A stretch of DNA of 64,000 nucleotides. Origin: Narcine bancroftii. Taxonomy: Eukaryota. Positions 38,601 through 51,075 of the stretch are shown here, piece by piece. Numbering within the stretch: the stretch's first letter is position 1; each line of letters starts with the position of its first letter. The notes under the pieces are model-generated. The model ran no database searches. It was not told where the DNA came from and saw only the letters and a program-made list of their open reading frames with translations. Made by a program: the position numbers and the translations under genes. The DNA lies in the NCBI RefSeq assembly GCF_036971445.1, contig NC_091471.1, positions 114,328,001 to 114,392,000 of the forward strand. The letters are read 5' to 3'.

Positions 38601-41600
38601 TACCATATAAGACGGCATTCGGATAAGACAGGTCCCCACTTTCAGCTTGAATTTCATGCTTTTATCATATATTGGGTGCATAACTGCAGTGAACTGGAAT
38701 TCACTGGTAGGGTGATTTTGCTGATGGCTGGCTCCGCCCCCATCTACCCACATAAAACCCTGGTTTCCCGCCTAAACCCAGAACCTTTCTGAAGACTACT
38801 GTGAGACTCTACCCTTAGTTATAAGCTAATAAGAAGGTTCTCCCTCCAGTCGTGAGAGCTTTTATTCACACTACAATTTTATTTTCGTATTCCCGAAATG
38901 ATGGAAGTGCTACTCAAGCCAGGTAGACCTGCTGATAGACCCTCTGTCTCTCGACGTACTGGCTAGACTGCTTTCAGTCCTACCTGAATGCGACCAGAGA
39001 TGTCTTCCACACTGATGAACTTAGGAGGTCTGCACTCATTTCAAGGTAGGAACGAAAGAGTATGCAGTCATCAGGGACTGCACTACATATAACGCTGCTA
39101 TCGAGGAGTTGAAGGCTGGGTACCTGAAGTTGCAAAATGAGGTCCTAGAGTTGCACCGACTCGCTTTACGTTGCCAGGAGAGACCATTGATGATTACCTG
39201 CTGGATCTGTGGATGCTTGCTAAGAAGTGCAGGTATGAAGTGGCTCTGGGCCGCATTCATGAAGAAGAAAATATCTAGGATACCCTGATTGCATGGGTCC
39301 GCTCGAGGTACATGAGGCAGGGACTGCTTGAGTCAGGTAAGAAGGACCTGGCCAAATCGTTGGATCAGGCCAAGCTTGAAAATGATGACCTCAAAGCCAG
39401 CGAGCTTGCTCACCCAGGTGATCCTTTCCAATGACTGGCTGCTCCTGCTACCCCAGCTCTAACGACTTCCGCTTCCCACACTAGGGAGCAGTTCCGTGCA
39501 AGGGAGTGCTTTTTCTGCAGCAAGAGCCAGTATCCGTGATCTTGTTGCCCGGTTAAAGACTCAGTGTGTTCCAGTTGTGGCAAGAAAGGGCACTGGGTGA
39601 GGGTTTGCCACATGAGGGGAAGCCTGGGGTAGTCCACGGCCTGCAATGCTCATGGATCCGATTCCAGCACCAAGCCATCTGCCCCAAATTCAACCAAACC
39701 CACTTGCTGATGGAGGGAAATGAGGAAACAGCGCAAAAAGGCTCAGTGACCATCTTGCCGTGACCCAAATTCAAACTCGGTGCTATCGTCGTCAGAGGAG
39801 GAAGGAGGGTGGCCATCTTGCCATGCCATGAGGTCGACGCCATCTTACCCATACCGGGCAACCCAGGATGGGGCCACTCGTGTGAGGAGTATGGAGTCTC
39901 CGAGTTCCTAGCCTCAATGGTCCTAGATCAGGACTAACCTCAGCAATTCAGCAACTCCATAGTGACTGTGAAGGTAAACGGACATTCCACTAAATGCCCA
40001 ATCGATACAGGCTCTACTGAAAGCTTCACAGACTCACAGATTGTACAAGAGTACAACCTAAAGATGTATCTTTCCAATAATCGTATATTCCTAGCGTCTC
40101 ATTCACATTCTACGCATATTCAACAACATTGTATAGTGCACTTGTCGTTTGAAGGGGGGGGGGAAATTTGTAAAATACACCTGTATGTACTTGATGAATT
40201 ATGTGTTCCAGTGCTGTTAGGTCTGGACTTCCTGTGTCACCTTAAGAGCATGACTTTTGAGTATTCTGGTCCCCTCCCCCTGTAACGGTTCGGAATGGAG
40301 GGCCTCTAAAATCAGAACCCACATGCAGCTTCTCCACACTTAATATCAAACCCCCACCTCTCTTCCTGAGTCTGTCCTCAGACTGCAAATCTATTGCTAC
40401 CAAGAGCAGGAGGCACAACACAGCAGACTGAAATTTTATAAAGTCTGAGACACAATGTCTGCTCAATGAAGGTATCATCAAACCTAGCACCAGCCCATGG
40501 AGAGCAAAAACATGTCCAGTCTAGTAATTGACTATAGCATAACTATTAATCGGTACACACTCCTGAACGCATAACCCCTCCCTCGAATTTTGGACATGGT
40601 GAATGATATTGCACAGTATCGACCACTGACTTGAAAGCATCTGATCACCAGCTGCCAATCCATTCTGAGGACCATCCATATATGGCTTTTGAAGCTAACG
40701 GTCATCTCTATCAATTCTGGAGGATCCCTTTCTGTATTACTAATGGGGTTTCTACAAGAGGCAGATGGACAGAATGGTGGATGAATATGGGTTATAGACT
40801 ACCTTCCCCTATCTTGATAATGTCATCATCTCTGGCCATACCTTGGAAGACCATGACGGCAACCTCCAGAACTTTCTCCATGTGGCGAAAGCCATGAACC
40901 TCACTTATAACACTAACAAGTGTGTGTTCAGGACTAAATGGCTGGTTATCCTTGGCTTTGTGGTGGAGAATGGCATCATTGGCCCCAACCCAGATAGGAT
41001 GTACTCTCTGTTAGAGCTCTCTGTTCCCAGGACCACAAAGGCTTTGATGAGATTTCTGGGGGATTTCTCGTATTATGCCCAATGGATCCCTCAATATGCT
41101 GATAAGGTTCATTCTCTCTTAAAAGCCACTAATTTCCCCCTCTCGGCTGAAGCCCAAAAGGCTTTTAACTACCTCCAAAATCGCATTGCGAAAGCAGCCA
41201 GTGGACAAGAATGCACCTTTCCAAGTGGAAAGCAATGCTTTAGACGTAGCCCTGGTCATTACTCTCAACCAGGCGGGCAGGCCGGTTGCATTCTTTTCTC
41301 AGACATTACAAGCCACGAGCTCCAGAACCCATCTGTGGAAAAGGAGGCTCAAGCCATTGTAGAAGTTGTGAGGCACTGGAGATGCTACCTGGCTGGTAGG
41401 AAATTTATGCTCCTCACTGACCAGTGCTCTGTCGCATTCATGTTTAATAATGTCAAGAAGGCCAAAATCAAGAATGACAAGATTGCTAAGTGGAAGATCG
41501 AGCTCTCCACCTACAATTATGGCCTATCAGCCAGAAGCCCTTAATGACTCTCCAGATGCCTTATCCAGAGGAAGCTGTGCCTTTGCACACACCAGCCAAC

Positions 41601-43409
41601 TGCAGTCTCTGCATAATGAGCTTTGCCATCCAAGGGTTACCCGCGTGGCTCATTTTGTCAAGGCATGCAATCTGCCCTACTCCATGGAAGATGTCAAGGA
41701 AATGACCAGGTTTTGCCAGGTCTGCGCGGAGTGCAATCCGCACTTCTACCGTCTCGCCCCGCACCTGATTAAGTCATCCTGGCCCTTCAAATGGATCAGT
41801 ATCGATTTTAAGGGACCACTCCCCTTCACAAACAGGAACACTTTCTTCCTCTGTATCATTGGTGAGTACTTCTCCTTCCCTTTTGCCAACACATGCCCAG
41901 ACACGTCCACTTCGTCAGTCATAATGGGCCTAGATTCTATTTTCGCCCTGTGTATCCCAGCTATATTCATAGTGACTCATCCATTATGAGTGACAAGCTA
42001 TGTCAGTACCTGCTGGCGAGGGGCATCGCATCCAGCAAGACTAATAGGTACAACCCCCAGGGGAATAGGCACATTGAAAAGGTCTGGAAGACTGTCAAAC
42101 TGGCCTTGAAGTCAAAAGGCCTTCCAGACTCATGCTGGCAGGTCGTCCTTCCTATGGTGCTCCATTCCATCCGGTTGCTACTATGTACTGCGACCATCAC
42201 TACTGCACATGAGCTCCTATTCAATTTCAAAAGAAGGTCAGCATCAGGAACTACACTCCCAACCTGGCTCACCACTCCTCATCCAGTCCTTCTCAGAAAG
42301 CACGTGAGGAGAACCAAAGCCGGTGGAAAGGGTGAAACTGCTCCACACCAATCCTACATATGCTTATGTGGAGTATCTGGATGGCAGAAAGGACATCGTC
42401 TCCATCAGAGACATGGAACCCACCGGAACAGAGGGTCCGTTGCCTTAACTGCCCTGCAAGTCACGGAACTCATTCTCACCACTCCCAGTCAGGGCCTCAG
42501 GGGATCCAGTTCAGGAGGAAAGTGCATCCCCTTCCACCATTAAGCCAGAGTCCCAGCCTGCCTCTCCTCCCTCACAAGGGGACCAGAAGACCCAAGGTGT
42601 CCCTGGTGCTAAGGCGCTCCACCAGAATCTCCAGACTGCTTAAATCTGTAGATTTGTAAATAACTCTATATTTTTCGATTTTTTTTCTGAACCCGTGTTC
42701 TCTGTTTTCATTCACAGACCCTAAATTGTGCAGGAAGGAGTAAATGCAGTGAACTGGGATTCACTGGTAGTGTGTTGTGCTGATGGCTGGTTCCACCTCC
42801 CGGCTCCACCCCCCACCTGCTCACGTATAACCCTGGTTTCCCGCCTAAACCCAGAAAGTCTACTGCAAGACCCTCCCCATAGTTATAAACGAATAAAAGT
42901 GTTGGTTTTCTTTCCTGTCGTGAGAGCTTTTATTCGCACTACAATAAGACAACTCCCTCCCCCCACAAAAAAAATGTATGTTGACTGAGCTGGTGTCGTG
43001 TTGACTGAGTTGTTGGGTGTGGTCGGAAGGTGGATGTTATAATGGACCCTCCAGCAAAACAAAGAAATTATGAAGCAAATTTTAAGTTAAAAGTCATTGA
43101 AGTGGCCAAGGAATCGACCAACTGGTGCTGCTGCGAGGTGATTTATTGCGGGACACCGATGACAAAATGGAGGCCAACTCATCAGATTCAGACTGGGACA
43201 CCAGAAACTCCAGAAGTGTTTTCTGAATTCTTTGCCTCAATAATAGTGATAGGATTTTAGATGTGTTTTTTTACAATAAAAATTTATTTCTAATATATTA
43301 GAATCTTAAAAATTTGTTGTAGTGTGGGGTCTGGGTGGGTTATGGAACCAATCGAGTGGTATTTTTTTGGGTGCTTCAAGGGTTGTCTTATATGTCAAAA
43401 TATATGCTA
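38601..43409 (+). mobile_element. Deleted pogo/Tigger-like DNA transposon split by Gypsy copy C
   Basis: TA-flanked CATATA..ATAAGACAAC terminal motifs (the left one reconstituted across the LTR insertion, the right at 43382-43409). MDPPAKQRNYEANFKLKVIEVAKES at 43042 resembles a pogo/Brinker-type DNA-binding N-terminus. Confidence 0.65.
38685..42943 (+). mobile_element. Ty3/Gypsy LTR retrotransposon copy C (decayed)
   Basis: LTRs 38685-38875 and 42745-42943 (TGCAGTG..CTACA); TSD ATAAC/ATAAG; PPT aggaaggagtaaa; protease IDTGSTES, RNase H EKEAQAIVE, integrase ISIDFKGPLP. Confidence 0.92.
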
Positions 43410-45182
43410 TGTACCTTTCACTTGATGTGCTCACGTCTTTTTGGATTCCACGATAACTAAAGTTGTGTTAACACATCAGAAATTCCTTTCTAGCACTGGC
43501 TTTTATTAGTTGGCCCAGTTAGAAAGTGTTGGGATAGCAAATCATTAATCTCTGAACCTGGGAAATTTAGCACAGTATGTCGGTTTTAGCAAAATTTCTT
43601 TGAGGAATTAGCAACTTGTCTTTTGTATGTATGTAAAATACAACCTCCTATGTTCTATTTTATTTGGTCCACGTCAGTGTCCCCATAATTTGTGCTATAC
43701 CTCACAAAGTGGGATGTGACCAGTGGGAATTTACAAAGATGTGCTGGACATGGTATAAATTAAGCTGAGTAAACCACCTGACATCCTTGCTCCCCTCTCC
43801 ATTTATAGCACAGGGATTAACTGCGAGAAGCAGCACTTCATTCATTGACTAATCTCCCACCCTGAGAAACAAGGAATTAATTTAGAGGCCGAGTTTCTTA
43901 GAAAATGTGTTTGGTAAGCTTTTCCTATTTGCTTGTAAACAGGAATTTGAGTGGCAAATGATTGCAGTGCTTGTGTGCATGGTCACCTCATTGAAAACGA
44001 ACTCTGGCTCTTCCTGATCAACAAACGTTTGCCAAGCCTTTGTTGCTTTAGGTTCAAAATAGTTAAAAGGTGTAAATAACATTTCAATTGAATGTTAGCA
44101 ATTTCTGGATGTAACTGATTTTGATATATCTGTAATTAGGGTTGATAAATAATAAATGAATCTATTTTATATATGAAGGATAATTAAAACTAAATTTCAC
44201 TTATGCAAGTTCAATAACTGAGACAAAAAAAAACTAGAAATTGATATGCACTTGAGCTCAGAACTGTGGCTTTGGACATTGCCTGCCTCTCATACTGTGA
44301 AACACACAAGGGAAAAGTCAGCAGGTCCAGGGTCCAGATCCAGAGGATGAGTCATTGGGAGCCTAGTCAGGACCTTGAATTGGGAGGGAGGGGAAAGTTG
44401 TGAGCCCAGTGCTCAGACTCTTGCCGATCAGAGGTTAGGTAACAGTGTTAATCATGGTCTTGTTATAAAAGGGGTGGGGGGGGGGGGGGTGCGGAATGGG
44501 TTGGGGATGTAGATGTTCAGAATTTAAACTCCAAGATGGAGGGTGCCTCTGTGATTAATGTCTAGCTGGAGAAAGAAGTGACTGGGGAAATGGGAAGTGA
44601 AGATAGGAGGTGCTCAGAGTTTGTTGTTGGGAGGTGAGATTTTGGCTGTGGGGTATTGGGCTAGCCCTGAGGCCACGAGAGATGTGTAGGGTTTTACAAA
44701 GATCAAATAAGTTACAGAGGTGAAAGGTGACCTTTCCGTGTCCCATTTTCTGAGCTAGGGTTAGATCAGCTCCATGATCTTAATATCACATGAAATAACT
44801 GCTAAGGGAGAAGGACCATGAAAACAATAATGGGCACTTCTTGGAATAATTTAGGCTGATATACCAAAAGAATACAACATGGTGATTGACTACACCCCCT
44901 GACAATATGTAGCTGATGTATGACATGCACAAGAGTGAATCGTGGCCTGACGTTCAGTTCAGTTTATATTTATTGTTACATGCACCATGGCACAGTGAGA
45001 AAGTTTGTTTAGCGAACAGTCCTGAGGGACATCCCATACAGAGTACAGCAATGTTCAGGTGTTTGGGGATGGGTGAAGTTTGACTTAGAAATAGTTGCAA
45101 TCATATTTTTATCTGAGAAACAAGTGATTTTCAGACATGTGATGCTGAAAATAATGAAAAGCAACATATATTTAAATGATAC

Positions 45183-45474
45183 TGTGGTGGTACACCACCG
45201 GCCTACTGCAGGAGGCAACCTCTGTACCTGCAGGAATGTAAGGGGACAGGACAACACCTGGCTGGCTGTCAATCAGTTGGCCTGAATGGATCAAGCCCCA
45301 CCCGGTTGGGTGTCAATCACCCTCTGGGATATAAGCCTGCGTCGGCCTCCCGAGGCCTCACTCAGAGTTGCTGCAGCTACAGCCAGCCTGGCTCTGTGGA
45401 AGTCTTTGTGGATTAAAGCCTGCTGTACAGTCTTTACCTTGTGTGTATCTGATTCTGGCTAACAGCGCACCACA
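45183..45474 (+). repeat. 5' LTR of copy D
   Basis: TATA-like gatataag at about 45328; ATTAAA at 45412-45417. Confidence 0.95.
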
Positions 45475-45505
45475 ATTTAATCCACAGAATGTTCCCACGG
45501 CGGCC

Positions 45506-48500
45506 ATGGAAAAACTCGAGCGCAGGGAGCCTCGAAGTCGACCCACGCCACCCGCAAGCCCAGACACGCTTCGAGATCTGGCAGCACGCGGTCGAGGCAA
45601 TCATCAAGGCACACAAAGGCGGCATCCTGGACTCAGATCGGAAGAGGTTGGTCCTACTCCGGTCAAAGCTGGGTCCCCACGCCTTCCAGGGAACCAAAGA
45701 CTGCTCCACGTACAAGAGTGCAATGGACACTCTCGAGAAGTTGTAAAAGCCCCCCATGAATCCTGTCTGTGCAAGGTACCTCCTCAACACCTGAGCCCAG
45801 CAACCTGGGGAGATGGCTGAATCTTACCTGGGACACCTGCGAGAGTTGGCCCGACCATGTCTGGCTGAACCCTGGGTAGGTGCAGAAGAGGTCAAGAGGC
45901 TGATCCAGGACACCTTTGTCTGAAGGTTATGCTTTACGGCCATCCGGCAGAAGTTGCTGGAAGACAATATCTATGCCTTAACCAAGATGATGGAAGTGGT
46001 CCAAACCCTGGATGCGGCAGCCCTGCACATCGGTCTTCGATTCCAGGTTCCCCTAGGCTCCTTCATGGCCCTCTCACACTGCAGCTGCAGCCCCAAACTG
46101 AGGTGGGGAGGAAAACATCACTGCAGCAGGTGCCCGGCGCCTCTGTAAATACTGTGAGTCCTGGTGTGGGTCAGACCGACGATCGCGCCAACACTGCCCG
46201 GCTAGGAACCAGTACTGTTCCCAATGCGGCAAGAGAGGCCACTTTGCTAAAGTGTGCCTCTTAAAACCAACCAACAGCTCAGCGGCCCTCTATGACCTCC
46301 CCACCTTCCCCGCCGACCCCTCCACGTGCACATGCTGGGCAGCACCATTGTCCCAGCTACAACTTCCACCTTCCCCAACTCCAACGGTACACCATTCGGC
46401 TCCGCCAGCGACGATCGCAGCGTGTGCCCCAAGCACCCGGACCAGCCCCCACCCTTGCCAGCTCACGATGTGACGTCACTTCTGGCAGATGTACTGACAT
46501 CACTGCCGCCGGCTTCCCCCAGCACAACGAACACAACTGGGGAAGGAGGCCATCTTGGGCCAGGCAGTGGCCTACATGGAGGGACCCCGATGGCGAGGAG
46601 AACAACATGGTCAACACGGGCAATGACCAGGCCACCTCTGGACACCATAAATCGCCAAGCACAACCGGAGAGCAACAACTCTGACCCCGAGATGGTCCTG
46701 GCTGCCACCACGCTGACCAGGGACATTCCTCACGACCTTGGGCACTCTATGATGGAGATGCAAGTCAACGGGCAGGTAACAAAATGCCTGTTTGACAGTG
46801 GCAGCACCGAGTGCTTCAATCACCCGAGCGTGGCCCACTCCCTGAGATTAAAAGTCCACCCCACCACCTGCTCGATTGCCCTCGCCACCAAGGATAAGAC
46901 TGTTGGTGCCCTTGGGCTCTGCTCGGCCGATATAACTGTGGGACAGGAGACTTACACGGGGTTCAGGCTCCTCGTCATGCCCAAACTCTGCGCCCCAGTC
47001 CTCCTGGCCCTAGATTTCCAGTGCCACCTGCAGAGCATCACCCTTGCCTTTGGGGGGCTCCAACCTCCATTCACACTACACAGCCTGCCAACCTACCAGG
47101 CCTGGCCAACCTGCAGCCTCTCCACACTACGCATCACCCCACAGGCGCTCTTCCAACATCTTACGCTAAGCTGCAAGCCGATCACTGCCAGATGTAGGTG
47201 CTATTGTACCGCAGACAGAGAGTTCATCAAGGTGGAGGTGTGGCGACTCCTTGTGGAAGGTGTCATAGAGCCCAGTTACAGCCCTTGGAGAGCCCAAGTC
47301 CTGGTGGTCAAAGGGGGAAGTAAGCCGAGGATGGTCGTGGATTACAGCCAGACCATTAACCGGTACACCCATCTGAATGCCTACCCCTTGCCTAGGATCG
47401 CCGACATGGTCAATGAGATAGCACGCTACCGGGTTTTCTCCACGATTGACCTGAAGTCGGCATATCACCAAATCCCCATCCACCCAAAGTACAAGCCCTA
47501 CACCACCTTCGAGGCAGACGGGTACCTGTACCAGTCTGCCGAGTTCCCTTTGGGGTCATGAATGGAGTCTCCGTCTTCCAGCGGGAGATGGATCGCATGG
47601 TAGACCGGCACAAGCTAAAGGCGGCATTCTCGTATCTGGATAACATCGCTATCTGCAGCCATGACCAGCAGGACCACGATGCTAACTTGGAAAATTTCCT
47701 CCAGATGGCCGGGGAGCTGAAACTCACTTACAACAAAGAGAAATGTGTGTTTAGCACCACCCACCTCGCCATCCTGGGATATATTGTGGCCCATGGGGTC
47801 GTTGGCCCAGATCAAGAAAGGATGCGCCCATTAATGGAACTACCTCTCCCCCCACGCTAAAGGCCCTTCGCAGGTGCCTATTACTCGCAGTGGGTTCCTT
47901 GCTTCTCGGACAAGGTCTGCCCACTGGTCCAAGCCTCAACTTTTCCCCTCCCACCCGAGGCGCAAGCAGCCTTCATCCGCATCAGTCAGGACATTGTGGA
48001 CGCCACGATGCAGGCCATGAATAAGGACTTCCCCTTCCAGGTGGAGAGCGATGCTTCCGAGGTACCCTCAACCAAGGGGGGCGCCCTGTCGCTCTCTTCT
48101 CTAGGACCCTCCACGGCTCCAAGCTAGGGCATTCCGCCATTGAAAAGGAAGCCCAGGCAATAGTGGAAGCGGTCCGCCACTGGGGCCACTACCTGTCTGG
48201 CAGGAGATTCACCCTCCTCATGGACCAGCGGGCCGTGGCGTTCATGTTTAACACTACCCACAAGAGTAAGATCAAGAACGACAAGACCTGCGCTGGAGAG
48301 CCATGCTGGCAACCTACAGCTACGATATCCAGTACCGCCCCGGGAAGTTTAATGACTCCCGCGATGCCCTCTCTCGGACCTGCGCATTTATGCACGACGA
48401 CATGCTGCAGGCATTGCATGAGTCCCTCTGCCATCTGGGTGACACCAGGTTGTACCACTTCATTAAGTCCCGGAACCTGCCGTATACCATCAGGGACATT

Positions 48501-49512
48501 AGGGACATGATCAAGGCCTGCCAGGTCTGCGCATAGTGTAAACCCTGTTTCTTCCACCCGCCCCAGACCCACGTCGTGAAGGCTACTCGGCCCTTCGAGT
48601 GTCTCGGCATGGACTTCAAAGGGCCCCTGCCTTCCACAAACTGAAACGTCTACTTCCTCACGGTAGTGGACAAGTAGTCATGGGCAGATCTTCACCATGT
48701 TTGGCTACCTCACTTTCATCCACAGTGACCGGGGATCAAGTTTCATGAGTGATGAGCTGCGCCGGTACCTGACGGCGAGGGGCATCCCGACTAGCCACAC
48801 GACGAGTTATAACCCGAGAATCAATGGGCAAGTGGAATGTGAAAATGGGGTGGTCTGGAAGGCAGTCCTCCTGGCTCTCAAGTCGAAAGGGTGGGCTGTT
48901 GAGTACTGGCAGGACGCCCTGCCCGAGGCGCTCCATGCCATTCGGTCACTACCAACGAAACTCCTCATGAACATCTGTTCACATTCCCCAGGAAGTCAGC
49001 GACTGGTATGTCCCTCTCAGCATGGCTCACGTCTCTGGTACTGGTGCTCCTGCATCAACATGTATGGACACACAAGGCTGAACCCCTGGTCGAGCAGGTC
49101 TTCCTCCTACACGCGAACCCCAACTATGACTATGTTAGGTTCAGTGGTGGCAGGGAGGACACAATCTCAACCAGGGACCTAACACCAGCAGGCACACCCA
49201 CCACTCCACAGCATCCTTCAGCCCAGGACGACGCCGACAGGGCATACATCTCCGTCCCCAGGCAGCTATGGGGTGCGCAGGACCTCCTTGACCACCAGGG
49301 GCCTGCTTCAGCCCTGGGGGACAAAACTGCCCCCCCCACCCATCTAATATGACTCGACCCTGGCCCCCTTGGCCACCCCTCCATTCGGCACCACACCAGT
49401 CACACAGACCCCTGCCGCCAGCCCCCCCACTTCTCCTCTTACCAGTGACCAGGAGCCAGTCCTACGATGGTCACAAAGACCCCGGTGGTCGCCCGATCGT
49501 CTCAATCTGTAA
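45506..49512 (+). pseudogene. gag-pol of copy D (frameshifted)
   Basis: ORFs 45489-45746, 46326-47561, 47558-47860, 48163-48510, 48303-48536, 48697-49182 and 49008-49352. Confidence 0.9.
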
Positions 49513-49601
49513 ATATTGTATTTTGTATAGTGGGTACGATTTCTTGTTACTGCACCACCCCCCCCACCACTCCCCAGGATAATTTTAAAGAAGTGGGTGA
49601 A

Positions 49602-49939
49602 TGTGGTGGTCCACCATCGGCCTACTGCAGGGGGCAACCTCTGTACCTGCAGGAGTGTACCGCTGGCCTACTGCAGGGGGCAACCTCTCTACCTGCAGGA
49701 GTGTAAGGGGACAGGACAACACCTGGCCGGCTGTCAATCAGTTGGCCTGAATGGATCAAGCCCCACCCGGTTGGAGGTCAATCACCCTCCGGGATATAAG
49801 CCTGTGCCGGCCTCCCGAGGCCTCACTCAGAGTTGCTGCAGCTACAGCCAGCCTGGTTCTGTGGAAGTCTTTGTGGATTAAAGCCTGTTGTACAGTCTTT
49901 ACCTTGTGTGTATCTGATTCTGGCTAACAGTGCACCACA
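49602..49939 (+). repeat. 3' LTR of copy D, carrying a 46-bp tandem duplication
   Basis: ggcctactgcagggggcaacctct.tacctgcaggagtgta occurs twice; 338 bp versus 292 bp for the 5' LTR. Confidence 0.95.
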
Positions 49940-50289
49940 GATACCTAAAAATTGTCCAGATATGTGGACAGCAGAACAAAGTTTTCCTTTGAACCATGTC
50001 TCCATAGCAACACAATCTATGTCAAAACAATACGAGAAATGACCCGGAAGCCTTTGAGTCTGTAGGGTGCAGCTGGGTGAATGTGTACCTTCAAAAGTGG
50101 ATGCACAGCCAGACCAAGAGGTTGTATAAATCTACAACGTGAGATGCCTCTGTATGGTTCTGAGGAGCTATGGGCTTTTCCTCTTGCTGAGATGTGGAAT
50201 TTACTGTGAAGTCTTTGGAGCATTTGTAGCTTTCAGAAGGGCAGAATATTGTGTAATAGAGAGAGTTCAGCTAAAAACAGTGCAAGAGC

Positions 50290-50490
50290 AGTAACATTTT
50301 ACAAAGGAGAAGTCCATTCAGTAGTTTCATAACAGCAGGAAAAAAGTGTCCTTGAATCTGGTGGTGCTTTCAAACTCATGTATCTTCTAACTGATGAAAG
50401 GGGCAGGAGGGAGCATCACTGGGCTGGGATGGGTCTTTTAATATGTTGGCTGCTTTCCCGAGGCAAAAGGACTTGCAGATGGAGTCGATT
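50290..50490 (-). mobile_element. Old Rex1-like LINE 3' fragment
   Basis: gtccttgaatctggtggtgctttcaaactcatgtatcttct...ttggctgctttcccgaggca resembles reverse Rex1 3' coding sequence. Confidence 0.5.
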
Positions 50491-50964
50491 TGTTTGTGTG
50501 TATGTTATGTTATGGTGTGAACATAGATATTTGAGCATGGAATTATATATTGAAAAACTTGCTCATGAGCAAGATAAAATCTGTAAGCTAAATTCTTGCA
50601 TGCTTAAGGCCAAATGGACCAAAATGTTGTCAAGTAGGATTTTCATGAGTCAATTTGAGCAGTGGCTGCAAGGTCACATAAATGGAACGGGTGGTGGGGG
50701 TGGGGGGTGCGGGGGAGAGAAGCTCTGGAGAAGTTTTGGTTTCATTTAAAAAGGACTAGCCCCTGAGCTGCACAGGCACTGGCCTCAGGGAGAAGTGGGT
50801 TCATTAGTCATCAGGAGACAATGTTTGTCTTCAGCTCTCTTTTATTAGATACAAAATTAAATCCTGAACAGAGCCAAGTTTAATCTAGACCCAACTCAAG
50901 CCTGAGCATGCAGATGCATTCCATCCCAACACAGGTCATATTAGATAATGAGACCAACAATGAT

Positions 50965-51075
50965 TGGCAAAGGTTCGTAGTCTCTAAACATTTGACTGTT
51001 TCTCCTTCCACAGATGCTGCCTGACCTGCCGAGTGTTTCCAATATTTTCTGTTTCAATTTACAGCATCTGTAAGT
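50965..51075 (+). repeat. Penelope-terminus/MER6-like fragment
   Basis: ccacagatgctgcctgacctgccgagtgtttccaatattttctgttt...cagcatctg; same family as 15975-16135 and 58902-58958. Confidence 0.45.

Larger units (their letters stand above)
45183..49939 (+). mobile_element. Ty3/Gypsy LTR retrotransposon copy D (best preserved)
   Basis: LTRs 45183-45474 and 49602-49939; perfect TSD GATAC; PPT aaagaagtgggtgaa; gag ATG at 45506; protease LFDSGS, RT YLDNIAI, integrase MDFKGPLP and IHSDRGSSF; C-terminus PDRLNL*. Confidence 0.95.

Noticed and set aside
44470-44510. Poly-G/poly-C tracts (also about 1600, 6295, 49555) as functional G-quadruplexes
   Set aside because: Common simple repeats, prone to sequencing error, with no independent support.
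46252-46473. Programmed -1 frameshift between gag and pol
   Set aside because: The copies carry many random indels, and no shared slippery heptamer was identified, so frames cannot be trusted.
6004-49944. Target-site preference of the tRNA-less Gypsy lineage
   Set aside because: The five TSDs (RCATG, GATCT, CAGAC, ATAAS, GATAC) give no convincing consensus; the sample is too small.
50960-51000. Hammerhead ribozyme in a Penelope-like terminus
   Set aside because: The CTGANGA and GAAA core is not intact here.
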